A stretch of DNA of 64,000 nt from an uncultured Nitrososphaerota archaeon (GTDB taxonomy: Archaea; Thermoproteota; Nitrososphaeria; Nitrososphaerales; Gagatemarchaeaceae): assembly GCA_963718895.1 (NCBI GenBank), contig CAVRAG010000008.1, forward strand, positions 928,001 to 992,000, in the 5' to 3' direction. Within the stretch, counting starts at the first letter, position 1, and every line of letters starts with the position of its first letter. This document shows positions 49,231 to 60,085 of this stretch, piece by piece. Both the position numbers and the translations under genes were made by a program. Under the pieces are notes generated by a model. The model saw only the letters and a program-made list of their open reading frames with translations. It made no database searches and was not told where the DNA came from.

Positions 49231-49968
49231 CTACTTCCATTTCGTGAGTATCTCCTCTCTGCGGAAAGTGGCTCTGGCGACGTAAAGGAGCAGCAGGTCG
49301 ACCACCAGTAGGATGACGGCGATGATGAGGAGGACGCCCGTGTTGCCGAGCGGTACTATGCCGATTTCGCCGCCGACGTAGACCCCAGCGAACGGGAGTA
49401 TCAAGAGCATGCCGACCTGTTGCGCAACCCGAACGTCGCTCACCCTAGACGAGACGATGACGTTCCATTCAACACTCATTATCGCTGCGAGAGGGACGGC
49501 GAGCAAGAAGACGATGACAGCATTCCAGTTGGGAAAGAAGTAGTAACCCAATGTACCGTGTGTCACGAGGTCAATGAGGGTCATGTAGATTGCAGCCCCG
49601 ACCAGGATCGCGCCTATGGGCGGCAGGAATGATGAGATTCCCTTTCCCAGCAGGATTTCGCCGTCGGTGGTGGGGGTTGCCAGGAGCCGCTCGAAGCTCT
49701 TCTCGACTTTTTCGCCGATTATGCTGTAGGATGCGATCGTAGTCGGAATCAGGCCTGCGAGGATGAGGAAGAAGAAGGTGAGCGCCGGAAGAAGGTATGT
49801 GAGTTCGGAGGCGGCAATCCCGCTTTCAAGCTCGACATAGTAGATCACGACGGGAAGGAAGATCGCGGCAAGCAAGGGGATGACGAAGGCCGAATAGATT
49901 ATGTTCTTCTTCTTCAAGAACGTCTTGAAGTCCTTCGAGGCGATTATCCAGGATTTCGAGAGTCTCAA
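49231..49968 (-). CDS. ABC-2 type exporter permease
   Basis: IIGEKVEKSFERLLATP...ILLGK, six TM. Confidence 0.9.
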   Translation of the reverse strand: MRLSKSWIIASKDFKTFLKKKNIIYSAFVIPLLAAIFLPVVIYYVELESGIAASELTYLLPALTFFFLILAGLIPTTIASYSIIGEKVEKSFERLLATPTTDGEILLGKGISSFLPPIGAILVGAAIYMTLIDLVTHGTLGYYFFPNWNAVIVFLLAVPLAAIMSVEWNVIVSSRVSDVRVAQQVGMLLILPFAGVYVGGEIGIVPLGNTGVLLIIAVILLVVDLLLLYVARATFRREEILTKWK

Positions 49969-50888
49969 TTGTTGTCACGCCTCACGAGCTTCAGGTACGC
50001 ATCCTCCAGGGTTGAGCCGACGACTGTGACGGATTGGACATGGCCGCCGGCCTGGTAGATCGCGTCCGTGATGGCGACGTTCTCTTTCTCTGGATCCTTG
50101 ACATCGAATGTCAGTTTGTTGCCGTCGATTGACAAGTCTACGGGTGACAGTTTCCTCAGCGCGGCGAGGATCGCGTCGTTCACCTCCACGACCTGAACCA
50201 CGGTCTTCCTCCCGCTTACCGAACGCTCCAACTCTTCCGGGGTGCCCAGCGCCATCAGCTTCGTGTTCAGGATTGCAATCCTGTCGCAGATTCTCTGCGC
50301 CTCATCCAGGTTGTGCGTGTTCAGAAAGATGGTCCTTCTCTCTCTCTTCAGCTCCAGGATGAAGTCCCTGACCGTCTTCGCCGACTCTGGGTCGAGGTTC
50401 GCCGTTGGCTCGTCCATGAAGAGTATCTGTGGGTCGTGGATGAGGGCGCACGCTATCCCGAGCTTCTGCTTCATCCCCTTCGAGTAGGTGCCGACCGCGG
50501 CGTCTTTCCTCTCCCAGAGCCCCAGCATCATGAGGAACCTCCGGATGTTCTCCTTCCTCTGCGCCTCCGTGCAGTCATAGAGCTTCCCGTAAAAGTCCAG
50601 GTTGTCGTAGGCGCTGAGGGCATCGTAGAGGCCCACGTTGTCGGGGACGAACCCGACGAGCTTCCTTATCTTGAGTGACTCAGCTTCGTTACTAACGTCA
50701 TAGCCAGCGACCCTCGCATCACCGCTGGTCTTTGATATCAGACAGCAGAGCATTCTGACCGTGGTGGTCTTCCCCGCTCCGTTGGGCCCGAGGAACCCAA
50801 AGACCTCTCCCTCCTCGACTCGGAGGGTCACGCCATCGACCGCGGTCAGGTCCCCGAATTTCTTGGTCAGGTTAACTGTCTCGATCAA
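49965..50888 (-). CDS. ABC transporter ATP-binding protein
   Basis: GPNGAGKTT, YSKGMKQK, FMDEPT, TH. Confidence 0.95.
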   Translation of the reverse strand: MIETVNLTKKFGDLTAVDGVTLRVEEGEVFGFLGPNGAGKTTTVRMLCCLISKTSGDARVAGYDVSNEAESLKIRKLVGFVPDNVGLYDALSAYDNLDFYGKLYDCTEAQRKENIRRFLMMLGLWERKDAAVGTYSKGMKQKLGIACALIHDPQILFMDEPTANLDPESAKTVRDFILELKRERRTIFLNTHNLDEAQRICDRIAILNTKLMALGTPEELERSVSGRKTVVQVVEVNDAILAALRKLSPVDLSIDGNKLTFDVKDPEKENVAITDAIYQAGGHVQSVTVVGSTLEDAYLKLVRRDNN

Positions 50889-51019
50889 TCACACCACAAC
50901 GGCTCGACGTTTTGAAGAACGCCCCTGGCGGGTAGTTAAACGGGGGAGATAGTTCACTTTAGTGAACTCGCACCATCATTTTATAGCGAGCGGATTCTGA
51001 TTCTGGAATAGTCTGCCCA

Positions 51020-51664
51020 TTGGAAAGCGATGTCCTGCAACAGCAGCGCATAGAGGCCGAACTGATCGCCGCGAGGCTCTTCCGATTCAGGGCAAGAAGG
51101 GGCCTTGGAGTACTCTACTCTCTCGCTTCAGTGGTACCTCTGATGGCAATCATCCTCTACGTCACGGTTCCAATCCCGTTCGCAATCGCTGGAGCGATAG
51201 CCGGCAGCGTCGCTGTCTGGTTTGTCGCGAGGTTGTGCGGATACGGCGGATTCTCGAGGATGCAGTACAGCCTGGACTTCCTGAAGGGAGAGGGAGGGAC
51301 GACCTACGATGAGAGGAGGGGCCGCTGGTTGTCTTGGCGCAACTTCGCTTGGTTCTTCTTGACCGTCGGGCCCTGGCTTGGATACACGATCGCCAATGAA
51401 GAGGGCTATCCTATCTTTTCAGGGATGTCCCTCGTGATTGTGGCCTTGATCTTGGGATTTTCACAAGCGACGAAGCAGGATCGCATCGTCGAAAGAAGGG
51501 TGGAAGACTGGGCATTCGTAGCGGGGATGATCCTAATCGCCTTCGCGGCCATCCTCCCCGGAGCTCCGGCATGGACCTGGGTTCTCGCGTCACCTCTCTT
51601 TGTATTCTGTGGAACGAAATCGCTCTACGAGGCACCCAAGGAGTTTGCACTGGTTGCCTCCTGA
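51020..51664 (+). CDS. Multi-TM membrane protein
   Basis: Six hydrophobic segments; coupled to downstream HTH. Confidence 0.6.
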   Translation: MESDVLQQQRIEAELIAARLFRFRARRGLGVLYSLASVVPLMAIILYVTVPIPFAIAGAIAGSVAVWFVARLCGYGGFSRMQYSLDFLKGEGGTTYDERRGRWLSWRNFAWFFLTVGPWLGYTIANEEGYPIFSGMSLVIVALILGFSQATKQDRIVERRVEDWAFVAGMILIAFAAILPGAPAWTWVLASPLFVFCGTKSLYEAPKEFALVAS

Positions 51665-52019
51665 GTCGGGACAGGGCGACAGCCGGGTGGGAAAGGAAGA
51701 GGAGGACCTGGTTTCTGACGTGGGATTACCCGGACCGTTTTCGGTCTCGACACGGGTGGGAATAATGACTGCTCTTCTCGGATTCAAGAGGACCACCTTC
51801 ACGGAATTGCTCCTTGCCGTCAAGACTCCGAAGAGCTCGCTCAACAAGAATCTCGGGATCCTGGAAGACTATGGACTCATCAAGCAACGCAAGGCTTTTG
51901 TCCTCGCCCCGGGCCCGAGGACAGTCATCGAGATAACCCCTGAAGGAGAGGAAGCCACCAAGAAGCACCTTGAATTCATGCGCACTCTGGCAGACCGACT
52001 TCTCGGACCGAAGGAATAA
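51654..52019 (+). CDS. Winged-helix (ArsR/MarR-like) regulator
   Basis: RVGIMTAL...TFTEL...SSLNKNLGILEDYGLI...ITPEG. Confidence 0.75.
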   Translation: MPPESGQGDSRVGKEEEDLVSDVGLPGPFSVSTRVGIMTALLGFKRTTFTELLLAVKTPKSSLNKNLGILEDYGLIKQRKAFVLAPGPRTVIEITPEGEEATKKHLEFMRTLADRLLGPKE

Positions 52020-52179
52020 GCGTCTCCTGCGAGGCGTTAGCTGAAGATAAAAGTGATTGGGTCGTAAAGGAGTCCCTGGTCTGTCGCTGATACGACTCCC
52101 TCCCTCTCGCTCCTCTTCGAACGAGCCCAAAATAGCATCAAATCACCACACGCAGTTCATTCTGGGCTAATCTGAATAA

Positions 52180-52191
52180 TGGGCCGGAAGG
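52180..52191 (-). repeat. attR-like copy of tRNA-Ile 3' end
   Basis: TGGGCCGGAAGG identical to 59706-59717; AT-rich flank. Confidence 0.75.
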
Positions 52192-52287
52192 TATGCATTT
52201 AATTAATTAAGCGAATCCTTACAACCGCACCATTCATTTTTCAGAGGTTTCTGATTCATTCGTATCTCCTTGGCGTGTCGCCGTATA

Positions 52288-53830
52288 TTACTCGAAGATC
52301 CCGCTGAAGGAAAGTGTCTGACCATCACTCATCGTAATGACTCCGGCGAAGGAGTCGCCATAGCTTTGGTTCCCGGGTAGACTCGTGATGTAGACAGAGC
52401 AAAACGAATAGCGGTCGAATAGTTTAGCGCATTGATCCATTGACAGGTGAAGAATACGTTGACCCTCCAAATGTAAGGGCGATGGAGGAAATGTTTGGGC
52501 TATACCCTCCGGCATCCCACGGCTCGTAGACGCTTATTACTCCTACCGCATTTGCTGGCGAAACAACAGCTTCCGAGTCTAGGCTTGGACTGCAGCATAC
52601 GAGCGACTAGCTGAGAACCCTGACCCTCTGGGTGGACCAAGTCGGCCATTACACTGACATTGTAACCTTTAGAAGGATAGTTGCTTCCTGGATAGGTATA
52701 GTTGATTCTGAGCAATTGTTGGTCGGGTATGAGAGCTATATGGGTAGATTCCCTTGGCGTCGAGATACAGACTCCCAAGGTAATCACTTACTGGCGCGGC
52801 CAATGTGACCGTGATTCCCTTGGAAGGCCCTAGTCCATCGACTCTCCCCACAATGAACCACTTAGGGGAGGACTGGGCTTCATGCTTATGATGGAGAATG
52901 GAAGCGATGCCTCTAAGCTGGTTATTGTCGCATTGGTCGAAGTGAATTGTGGTGCGAAGTAAAGTTGACTGTCAGGCTGGTTGAAATAATGTCGTGAGAT
53001 GGGACCCAATCATTGTAGCATGGGTTGTAATTGAATTGAGCGCAAAGGCTGAGTGGTTGGATAGCCCGTGAGGCCGGAATCGCATCCCAGACTGAAACCG
53101 CCCCTTGAAGTTCGATGGTGACTCCCGATGGGAGAAAGCAAGGGAACATTGCACACTGATTGGTGACCGTTAGATTATACCCATTCGGCCCTAACGGAGA
53201 AGGGTACAATCCAATCCCGGTCAAGACTATGAATGGGGGTCCCGTATCGTTGTAAATTGAAAGCACCATGACGTCGCCCACTTCAGCTCCTGTAAGCAAG
53301 GAGATTCTTGACGGAAGGCTGACGTTCTGCACGACGAACGAGCTGTAAAGTGAACTGGAGGAAGTCGAGTACGCTTTCCCCACCGTCGAATATAGTGCGT
53401 GTTGAATGGTGCGATCGGATGCTGTTACGTAGACGTCTCGTCCCTCAGGCATCGTAGTGCCTGAGGCGGGGACCTGAAGCACCTGTCTCCCCACAAACGA
53501 AATATTTTGCCATGCGAAATATCCGTACTTCGAATCGCTTGAGGAAATCAGGGCCTGGAACTGAAACAGCGCAGGTCCAGCCGTATGCCCACTGCTAATC
53601 TCTGAGTTGGTGTTGGTAGACGTAAGGGATTGTGTTGTCTGAAACGACGATGAACCAATTGTGGCCGTTGAAGACGAGTTACCTGGTTGTGTTATCGAGG
53701 AAGACGAACTTTTTTGGGGATTTAGTGATGTGGCCAGTCCTATTCCAGCTCCAAGAATTACAAGAAGAACTATTCCGATTATCACTATCCTGCCAATGGC
53801 ATAGCGTCGTCGAGATAGACTGCGACTCAC
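52288..53830 (-). pseudogene. Fragmented secreted/archaeal pilin-leader S/T-rich protein
   Basis: ORF 52922-53830 with RRRYAIG-hydrophobic leader; further same-strand fragments to 52288; low GC. Confidence 0.45.
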
Positions 53831-53999
53831 GTTTTGACTTCTAAATCTCCAAAAATCCCATCGACTTCTTATTCTTTCCGAGTCAGGTAGCTATTGCGTT
53901 TCCTGACCATGCGACAGGTTCCGTTCAACCAATAGCACGCCTCATCCTTATCCAGCTAGCTAGGCACGGCTTAATAGAAACGAACCTGGTCTATCGGGC

Positions 54000-54620
54000 G
54001 TGTCAGAAGATTCGTTACCTCCTGGTTTCACGATAGCACGCCCGAGCATCACTCAAAGGATGCGGGCGTTGCGAACAAACAGGTTCCTGAGAATCGGTGT
54101 CATCCTCGTTCTCGCGGCAAGTTTGGTGCTTCTGACCTATTCCTATGGGGTTCGGTTTCCGACCAGCGCACCAATCGCTGACTGGATCACCGCCACAACG
54201 CTGGTCATCGGGTTAATATTCGGAGAAGATATTCGCACTCGCTTTTTTATCAAACCTGAACTTGGCTAACACTCTCAACCCGAGACCAAAAAACTTCGGG
54301 AAAGACCACTGAAGCAAGCGAGACTCTTACCGATTGGCTCTCGCCACAATTACGAGTTACAACAGGAGTTCTCAGGGTTGTATCGCCTATTTCTCTGCAG
54401 ACGGATTGCGCATGGCGCCTTAGGTGCATATGAACGGCTAAGCTGGCAATTTTCGATAGGCGATCCCGATGTAGAGGAGATAGCAGACAGGACGGACATC
54501 CGAGAAGGAGACAGTAAGGTATTGATGCTGGTTTATTCGAGGAGCGAAGGCGCATCCTATTACTTCGATTCTCAGGAGCATCAAACGGCGGACGACCCGA
54601 AATACAGGTTAGAAACCTGA
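54000..54620 (+). pseudogene. Fragmented membrane-associated hypothetical
   Basis: Two same-strand ORF pieces (54000-54269, 54378-54620). Confidence 0.35.
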
Positions 54621-54878
54621 CAGATGGTATAAGGCAACAATCCTCATCGTGGATAGGAACCGACGAGAGAAGGAATGGAATATCCGAATCCATTCTACTA
54701 AGAAAGGCGAGTTAGGAGTCTATCGTAAAGAAGAGGTCCCCGATGATGAGAAGTAAATATCAATTCCCTTCGACATGAACTCGCTCTTGGATACCCTAAG
54801 GATGGGTGTACCTCCAAAGCAGCTTCTTTTCCCCAAAATAGCTCAATTATTCCCCCTTTCCTAGCCCCCCTCAGGCGA

Positions 54879-55110
54879 GCCCATAGCAAGCAACACCCCC
54901 GCGAATCGAGCTCTTTCGGAGCGAAGATGAGCGGCCCCGCTTCAAGGCGGGGTGAAGGCGAAAGCCGAGCGGAGGGGCAAAGAGGGGGGAGGGAGCCCCG
55001 AAGGGGCGGAAGGCCGTGAGGAGCGAAGCGACGGACACGGCGAGCGAAGCGAGGGGGTGAATTTGCACCGAAGCGAAGGATGAGCCTGAAGGGCGTTGCT
55101 TGCTATGGGC
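54879..55110. other. Hairpin-rich non-coding region bounded by 20-bp inverted repeats (putative single-strand origin/oriT)
   Basis: GCCCATAGCAAGCAACACCC (54879-54898) vs GGGCGTTGCTTGCTATGGGC (55091-55110), 19/20; internal GCGAAGC and GNRA-type hairpins. Confidence 0.6.
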
Positions 55111-56977
55111 GAGCATTCTTTTCGCTAAGGAACTCTGCGAGTGTCGCCACATTGACCCGCGAACTCTTCAGCCTGGCGTATCTGTCGCTCTTCGCGATGT
55201 CAGAGTTCGGGACAAGGACAATGAACGGCTTGATAGCGCTGAGCTTGGAGATGCGTTCCTCAAGGTCGCTCGTCCTCGTCTTGAGCCCCGTCTCTATCTC
55301 GTAGTATGCGCTCTCGGTCTCTACATCGGCGAGGCTCTGCCCCGACTCTGCCACGCTGATGACCTTCTCCTGATTCTCGCTCAGCCTGTCGAGTAGCTGC
55401 CTTACCATGTATCGGTGAAGGCCGCTGACCTTCTCTTCCCCGCTCTTCGCAAAGTACAGGGAGAGGGTCTCTCCCGACTCGGCATCGTCGTACTTCTGCG
55501 CCTGGACTTCTCCGGCGCTGAGAAGCTTCAGGAGAACGTCCCTGACCTTCAGCTTCGCGACATTCTTGTCAATGTGGTAGTTCTCTTCTATTTGGCTGGC
55601 TAGATCGGGAGACCCAGACCACGTCACCATTGTCGAGCCTCTCCCTGACTATCGCGCCGTAGTCTATCGCGGGGTTTTGCGACTGAGCACTAGCAACATC
55701 AGCGGGCGCGCCATACTGCGCCTGGCGGTCTGGAAGCTCGACCCTGTCCGCCCTGAAGATCGGGATTATGCCGCCGTTCCCGACCCGAAAGGTGAGGTCT
55801 ATGAACTGGTGAGGGCGCAGCTCCTTCACTATCCAGACGTAGGCGGAGTCTATCTTGCGTATCGCCTCCAAATCTCTCTCGGACGTGGTGTTGAAGACAA
55901 GCTGAGTCGCAAACTGGTTCCTGAGCGCGTCGGGTATGTCGGAGTAGTTCTGCGTGGCCGTATAGAGGGCGCCGAACTGCCTGATTTGCCGCATCAGGGT
56001 ATCAACAATCGTCCTCGCCTCGGTCTCGTAGAGCTGTGTGAGCCTGTGAACCTCGTCTATCACGATGAGGGTCTTCCTCTTCTCCTGCAATCCGAGCCTG
56101 CTCGTCAGCGAACTCCATATCTGCCTCAGCGCGATCTCGGCGTAGAACGTCTTCGCGCTCTCGTCGAGGTATGAGAAGTCTAGGACTGTGTCTTTGGCGA
56201 GGTCTATGCTGAAGGAACCCTCCCCGACGACCAGACCCCCAATCTGTGCCTCTATCAGCGCGAGCGCTTCCTTCTGTATGTCGGTGGCCTTCCTTCCCGT
56301 GCGCTTGAGGTTGTCCTTGAACTCGCTCCAGTTCTTGCTTTCGCGAGCGACGCTCTTGACTATCGCCCTGACCTGCGAGAAGGTAATACCCCTCACATTG
56401 GCTGGGAAGGCCAAGAGCGTATGCTATCGAGAACGCGTCCGCGTCCTGGAACGGGTCGGGTATGTGTCTTGGAGACGTCTATCACCTGGCATGGCATACG
56501 AAGGTAGGCGTCGTTCGGCTTGAACGAGAAGACGATCTTGGGCTCCTTCGCCGAGAGCAGGAGGACGTTCATCAGCTCGCTCTTGCCCATGCCAGAGCGG
56601 CCGCAGACCATCACGGACGGGTTTCCCTTCCGTCCGATGTATTCCTCAAAGTTCACGTAGCAGTGGTCTATCCGCTTGACGAGAGGTATCTCCCGCTTCC
56701 CGTATCTGACTACCTCGGGACGGCTCCTGCCAGACGCGGATTGCCTGTATTCTACGATGGGCTCCAAGAGGTCGGCGAAGGCAACCTGCCTTATCGGGGT
56801 GCGAGCGAACCTCCTCAGTATGCTCGTTCTCATTATCAGCAGCGCAGCCATGGCAATAGGAATGAGAGCGACTGCGATCAGGACGGGCTTGCGACTGTAG
56901 AGGAGCGGGAAGGCTATCAGGATCAGGAATGCTACGATCTCGTGCTTCGTCTTCTCGGTGAAGGTTGAGACGTTCAT
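55103..56977 (-). CDS. Membrane-anchored HerA/VirB4/TraD-like ATPase with C-terminal nuclease-like domain (about 3 frameshifts)
   Basis: N-terminal TM; GRSGMGKS; IVIDEVH; ATQN; C-terminal LH...ADVE...EIETG. Confidence 0.7.
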
Positions 56978-57165
56978 CTGAATTCCTCCCTGAGTATGGC
57001 AAGCCAGGTCCCTAGCTTCGCTACGAACTCAGTGGCCGAGAGAGTGTCAGGCTCGGCGGCAAGGACTCTTCTGAGGAGGGACTCGCTGTCCAGTGTTGTT
57101 GCGGCCAATTCCTTCAGCTGCCGGATGTCCACCGTGCGCTCGTCCAGCACTAACTTACCTACCAT
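56974..57165 (-). CDS. Small hypothetical protein of integrated element
   Basis: 63 aa, overlaps ATPase start, divergent from HTH gene. Confidence 0.65.
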   Translation of the reverse strand: MVGKLVLDERTVDIRQLKELAATTLDSESLLRRVLAAEPDTLSATEFVAKLGTWLAILREEFR

Positions 57166-57222
57166 ATCGGTAGGAGCCGAAAAACGACAGAATTATAAGC
57201 CTTCCTACTTAGTAGGTATGCG

Positions 57223-57894
57223 ATGAATGCAGTCCCAGTAAAGGTCTCTCTCCTTCAGCTTCTCGAAGTTGAGCCGAAGCGTTACTCCGACGTGGTGAGA
57301 GAGCTGGGAAGGCCGGACAAGACGGTTTACGTGACGCTGGTGGCGCTCGTGGACTCGAAGCTCGTTGCCAAGAACGACGAAGGAAAATATATCCTGACGG
57401 ACGCTGGCAAGCGTGAACTGGAACGAATAAGGTTCGTCAGAATGGCGGAGGAGGAGGACGATATCGAGATTATCTCGAACACGCGGACGGCGATAGCGTT
57501 GGGCAGGTGCTACGATCTCCTGTTTGACATCCGCTATTTATTGTCCCGAACGCCAAAAGCCGAAGGAGAAGACAGACGGGCGGTTGGCGAAAGGATGAAT
57601 GTCATTAGAAACCTTCTGCTGAAGTACAACCCATCACTGAAGAAGGATGAGCTGCTGAAGGAAGAGAAGAAAGGACTTGACATCGGCATTGCAGACCTAG
57701 TAAGCGGCGGGATATGGTGGGGAAAGAGGTTCGTCAAGTGGGGGCTGAAGGATAGGTACATTCACCTCGTGAATCTTACGCGCGAACTCCCTGAGGGCCC
57801 GGTAAAGGACGAAATACTAGCCTCACTTGCGTTGTTTAGAGAGGTGGTCGGGAAGCTGGATAGCAGACTGAAGGAGTTGGCCGCGTATTCTTGA
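57223..57894 (+). CDS. Winged-helix DNA-binding protein
   Basis: PKRYSDVVRELGRPDKTVYVTLVALVDSKLV...YILTDAG. Confidence 0.75.
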   Translation: MNAVPVKVSLLQLLEVEPKRYSDVVRELGRPDKTVYVTLVALVDSKLVAKNDEGKYILTDAGKRELERIRFVRMAEEEDDIEIISNTRTAIALGRCYDLLFDIRYLLSRTPKAEGEDRRAVGERMNVIRNLLLKYNPSLKKDELLKEEKKGLDIGIADLVSGGIWWGKRFVKWGLKDRYIHLVNLTRELPEGPVKDEILASLALFREVVGKLDSRLKELAAYS

Positions 57895-58169
57895 CGCTCT
57901 CGGAGAGAGCCTGGAAGCACATCCGCGAGAGGCATCCCGAACTCTCGAACTACGAAGGATTGATCAGGGACGCGCTCGCCGGGCCCGACATCGTCCTGAA
58001 GGGCGATCAGGAAGAAAGGAAGGCGGTCAAGCTGTTCACGAAGACTCATCTCGGGTCCAAGTACCTCGTTGTTGTCTATCGGGAGGAGAGCGGAAAGAAG
58101 GATATAATAACGGCCTACTTCACTTCAGATTTGAAGAGAGTCAAGGGTGAGCCAATATGGAAAGCCTAG
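57891..58169 (+). CDS. Putative RNase-type toxin (RelE/BrnT/BECR-like)
   Basis: WKHIRERHPEL...KYLVVVY...IITAY; translationally coupled to DUF2283. Confidence 0.65.
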   Translation: MTLSERAWKHIRERHPELSNYEGLIRDALAGPDIVLKGDQEERKAVKLFTKTHLGSKYLVVVYREESGKKDIITAYFTSDLKRVKGEPIWKA

Positions 58170-58354
58170 TCGTGAAGCCTAAGAAACTGGACATAGACTA
58201 CGACGAGAAGAGCGACGTGCTCTATATCTCAGTGGGCAAACCGAAGGAGGCAGACGACTCAATCGAGCCACAAGAGGGCGTTGTGATGAGGACTCGGAAG
58301 GGCGAGCTCGTGGGCATCACGATCGTGGGTCTGAAAGCTCATCTCAGCAGATAG
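58157..58354 (+). CDS. DUF2283-family putative antitoxin
   Basis: IDYDEKSDVLYI...GELVGITI. Confidence 0.85.
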   Translation: MESLVVKPKKLDIDYDEKSDVLYISVGKPKEADDSIEPQEGVVMRTRKGELVGITIVGLKAHLSR

Positions 58355-58365
58355 GTGCGGGCATT

Positions 58366-59654
58366 TCAAAACGGGAGTTTCATTATCGCTTCTCCGTCCG
58401 GCAGCGAAGCCACGTATTCGAAGCCCTGATTGATGTATGACTTGACCTCCTTAACGGGTATGACCTTCTGCCTCGACCCATTGCTGTTCATCATCCCAAC
58501 TAGCCGCTGCCTGACCAGGCTCTGAAGTTCCTCATTCGTCATGTCGTCGAGATTCATCTTCTCAAGCTCTTCTTTCTTGAACCCTGCAACGATGAGGAAC
58601 CGTTCGTTGAACGCCTTACTGATCTGCTTCTCGGTGGCTGACTCTGCCTTTGTGGAGAGGAGAGAGTCGCACTTCTTGTAGGCTTCCCTCATCTCCTCGA
58701 TCATCGAGGGTGGGAGCGTCCTTTGTTCGTCGAATACCTGGCCTCGATGTCCCCTTTGTGCCCCATCAGGAACTGGAGGTAAGGATGTGAGATGAAGCCC
58801 TTCGACTCCGCAACGATCATGCCGGTGTCACAGTAGGCTCTAAGGACGTAGGGTCTCCATGTGAAACCTGCCTTGAGAATCGCTTCCTTCACGTCTCTCG
58901 TCACGAGGGTGGTTCTCAAGAACCGATTCTTCCTGATGCCCCTCGGGTCGAATGCGAGGAGCGCGCTTTCGGCGGTAAGCTTCTCTCCCTGCTTGACCCT
59001 CTCCTGAATGTGCTCTTGGATGTAGGTGATCGCCTCGCCGCTGACGAACGCGAAGTAAGGGTGCCTCGCCTTGCTCAGCGCCCTTCTCACGAGCAGAATC
59101 GTAGGGACCTTCTCGAACTCGATTCCGTCGTCCCTTACCTTTGCCTCGGTGAAGTCTCCCAATCGTATCCCATCCGTCCCGAGGTAGTCGCCGAGGCTCT
59201 CAGGTCTGAGACCGCTGAACGCCATCAGCGCAACCGAAGTTCTTCCTCTGGGTGATGCCATCCTGAGGATTCTCGATAGTTCGTCCTTGCTCGGAATCCT
59301 TTCGCGGGCTATCGTTGGGGTGTCGGAACTTCCCTTGATGTTCACCTTCAGCTTCACGTCGAGGTTGTTGTAGGAAGTCCAAGAGAGGATGACCTTCCTG
59401 AATCGCTCGATGTAGGAGCCCGCCTTCCCGTCCTTCTCCATCCTCCTGACGAAGTCGGTAAATTCGTCCCTGAACTTCTTGGATCGTGCCTCTGCCAGTA
59501 TCTCTCTCGGCGTGGTCTTTGCGAGGTTGGAGTATAGCCCCAGCGTCCTCAGGTAGACCGTCGCAGTGATGACGGACTTGGCTTCGAGGTTCTCATACCA
59601 TCTGCGGACATCCTGATCGTCGAGAAGATGCCTGTATTTGCTCCCAAAGGGCAT
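58366..59654 (-). CDS. int: Tyrosine recombinase/integrase (frameshift ~58710)
   Basis: SGLRPE (R), ALSK (K), PYVLR (YxxR variant), LMGH...RY; starts ~50 bp downstream of tRNA-Ile. Confidence 0.9.
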
Positions 59655-59705
59655 ATTTGGTCACTGGAAGGGCAATTTAATAAAGGATTCTCTTAATAAT
59701 TTAAG

Positions 59706-59803
59706 TGGGCCGGAAGGGATTCGAACCCTCGACCTCTCGATTATCAGTCGAGTGCTCTAGCTAAGCTGCCCGCTCTCTTATCGGAGCTCTGAGCTACCGG
59801 CCC
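59706..59803 (-). tRNA. trnI: tRNA-Ile(GAT) with 23-nt non-canonical D-loop intron (15/16; 59766-59788)
   Basis: GGGCCGG/CCGGCCC acceptor, CTCGA-CTGATAA-TCGAG, GAGGG-TTCGAAT-CCCTT; BHB-like GCTC/GGGC helix. Confidence 0.88.
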
Positions 59804-60085
59804 AAGGGGTAATGAACTCGTTCGTAATCAGCGGGGAAAGGACAGGGAAGGTCAGAGAGGGTGGTCCCCCTTTCACGCTCCTGGAGGGCAGAGAGTTGGC
59901 ATTGATAGCGGCGGGAATCAGGAAAGTCATAGAATCAGAGTTTAGGGTCGAGGTCGGGCCTGAATTCTTCAGGGACGGCTGAGTCGACGGACGTCGGCGT
60001 CCCTCCGGTTATCCTTGTGGTTATAACGACTTCGAAAAATCCGCCGACAAGACGTTATTAGTCCAAACGATTACGGCACTGGTAC

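Larger units (their letters stand above)
52180..59719. mobile_element. ~7.5-kb integrated element at tRNA-Ile
   Basis: Integrase next to tRNA 3' end, direct att repeat, ATPase, toxin-antitoxin-like pair, lower-GC cargo. Confidence 0.8.
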
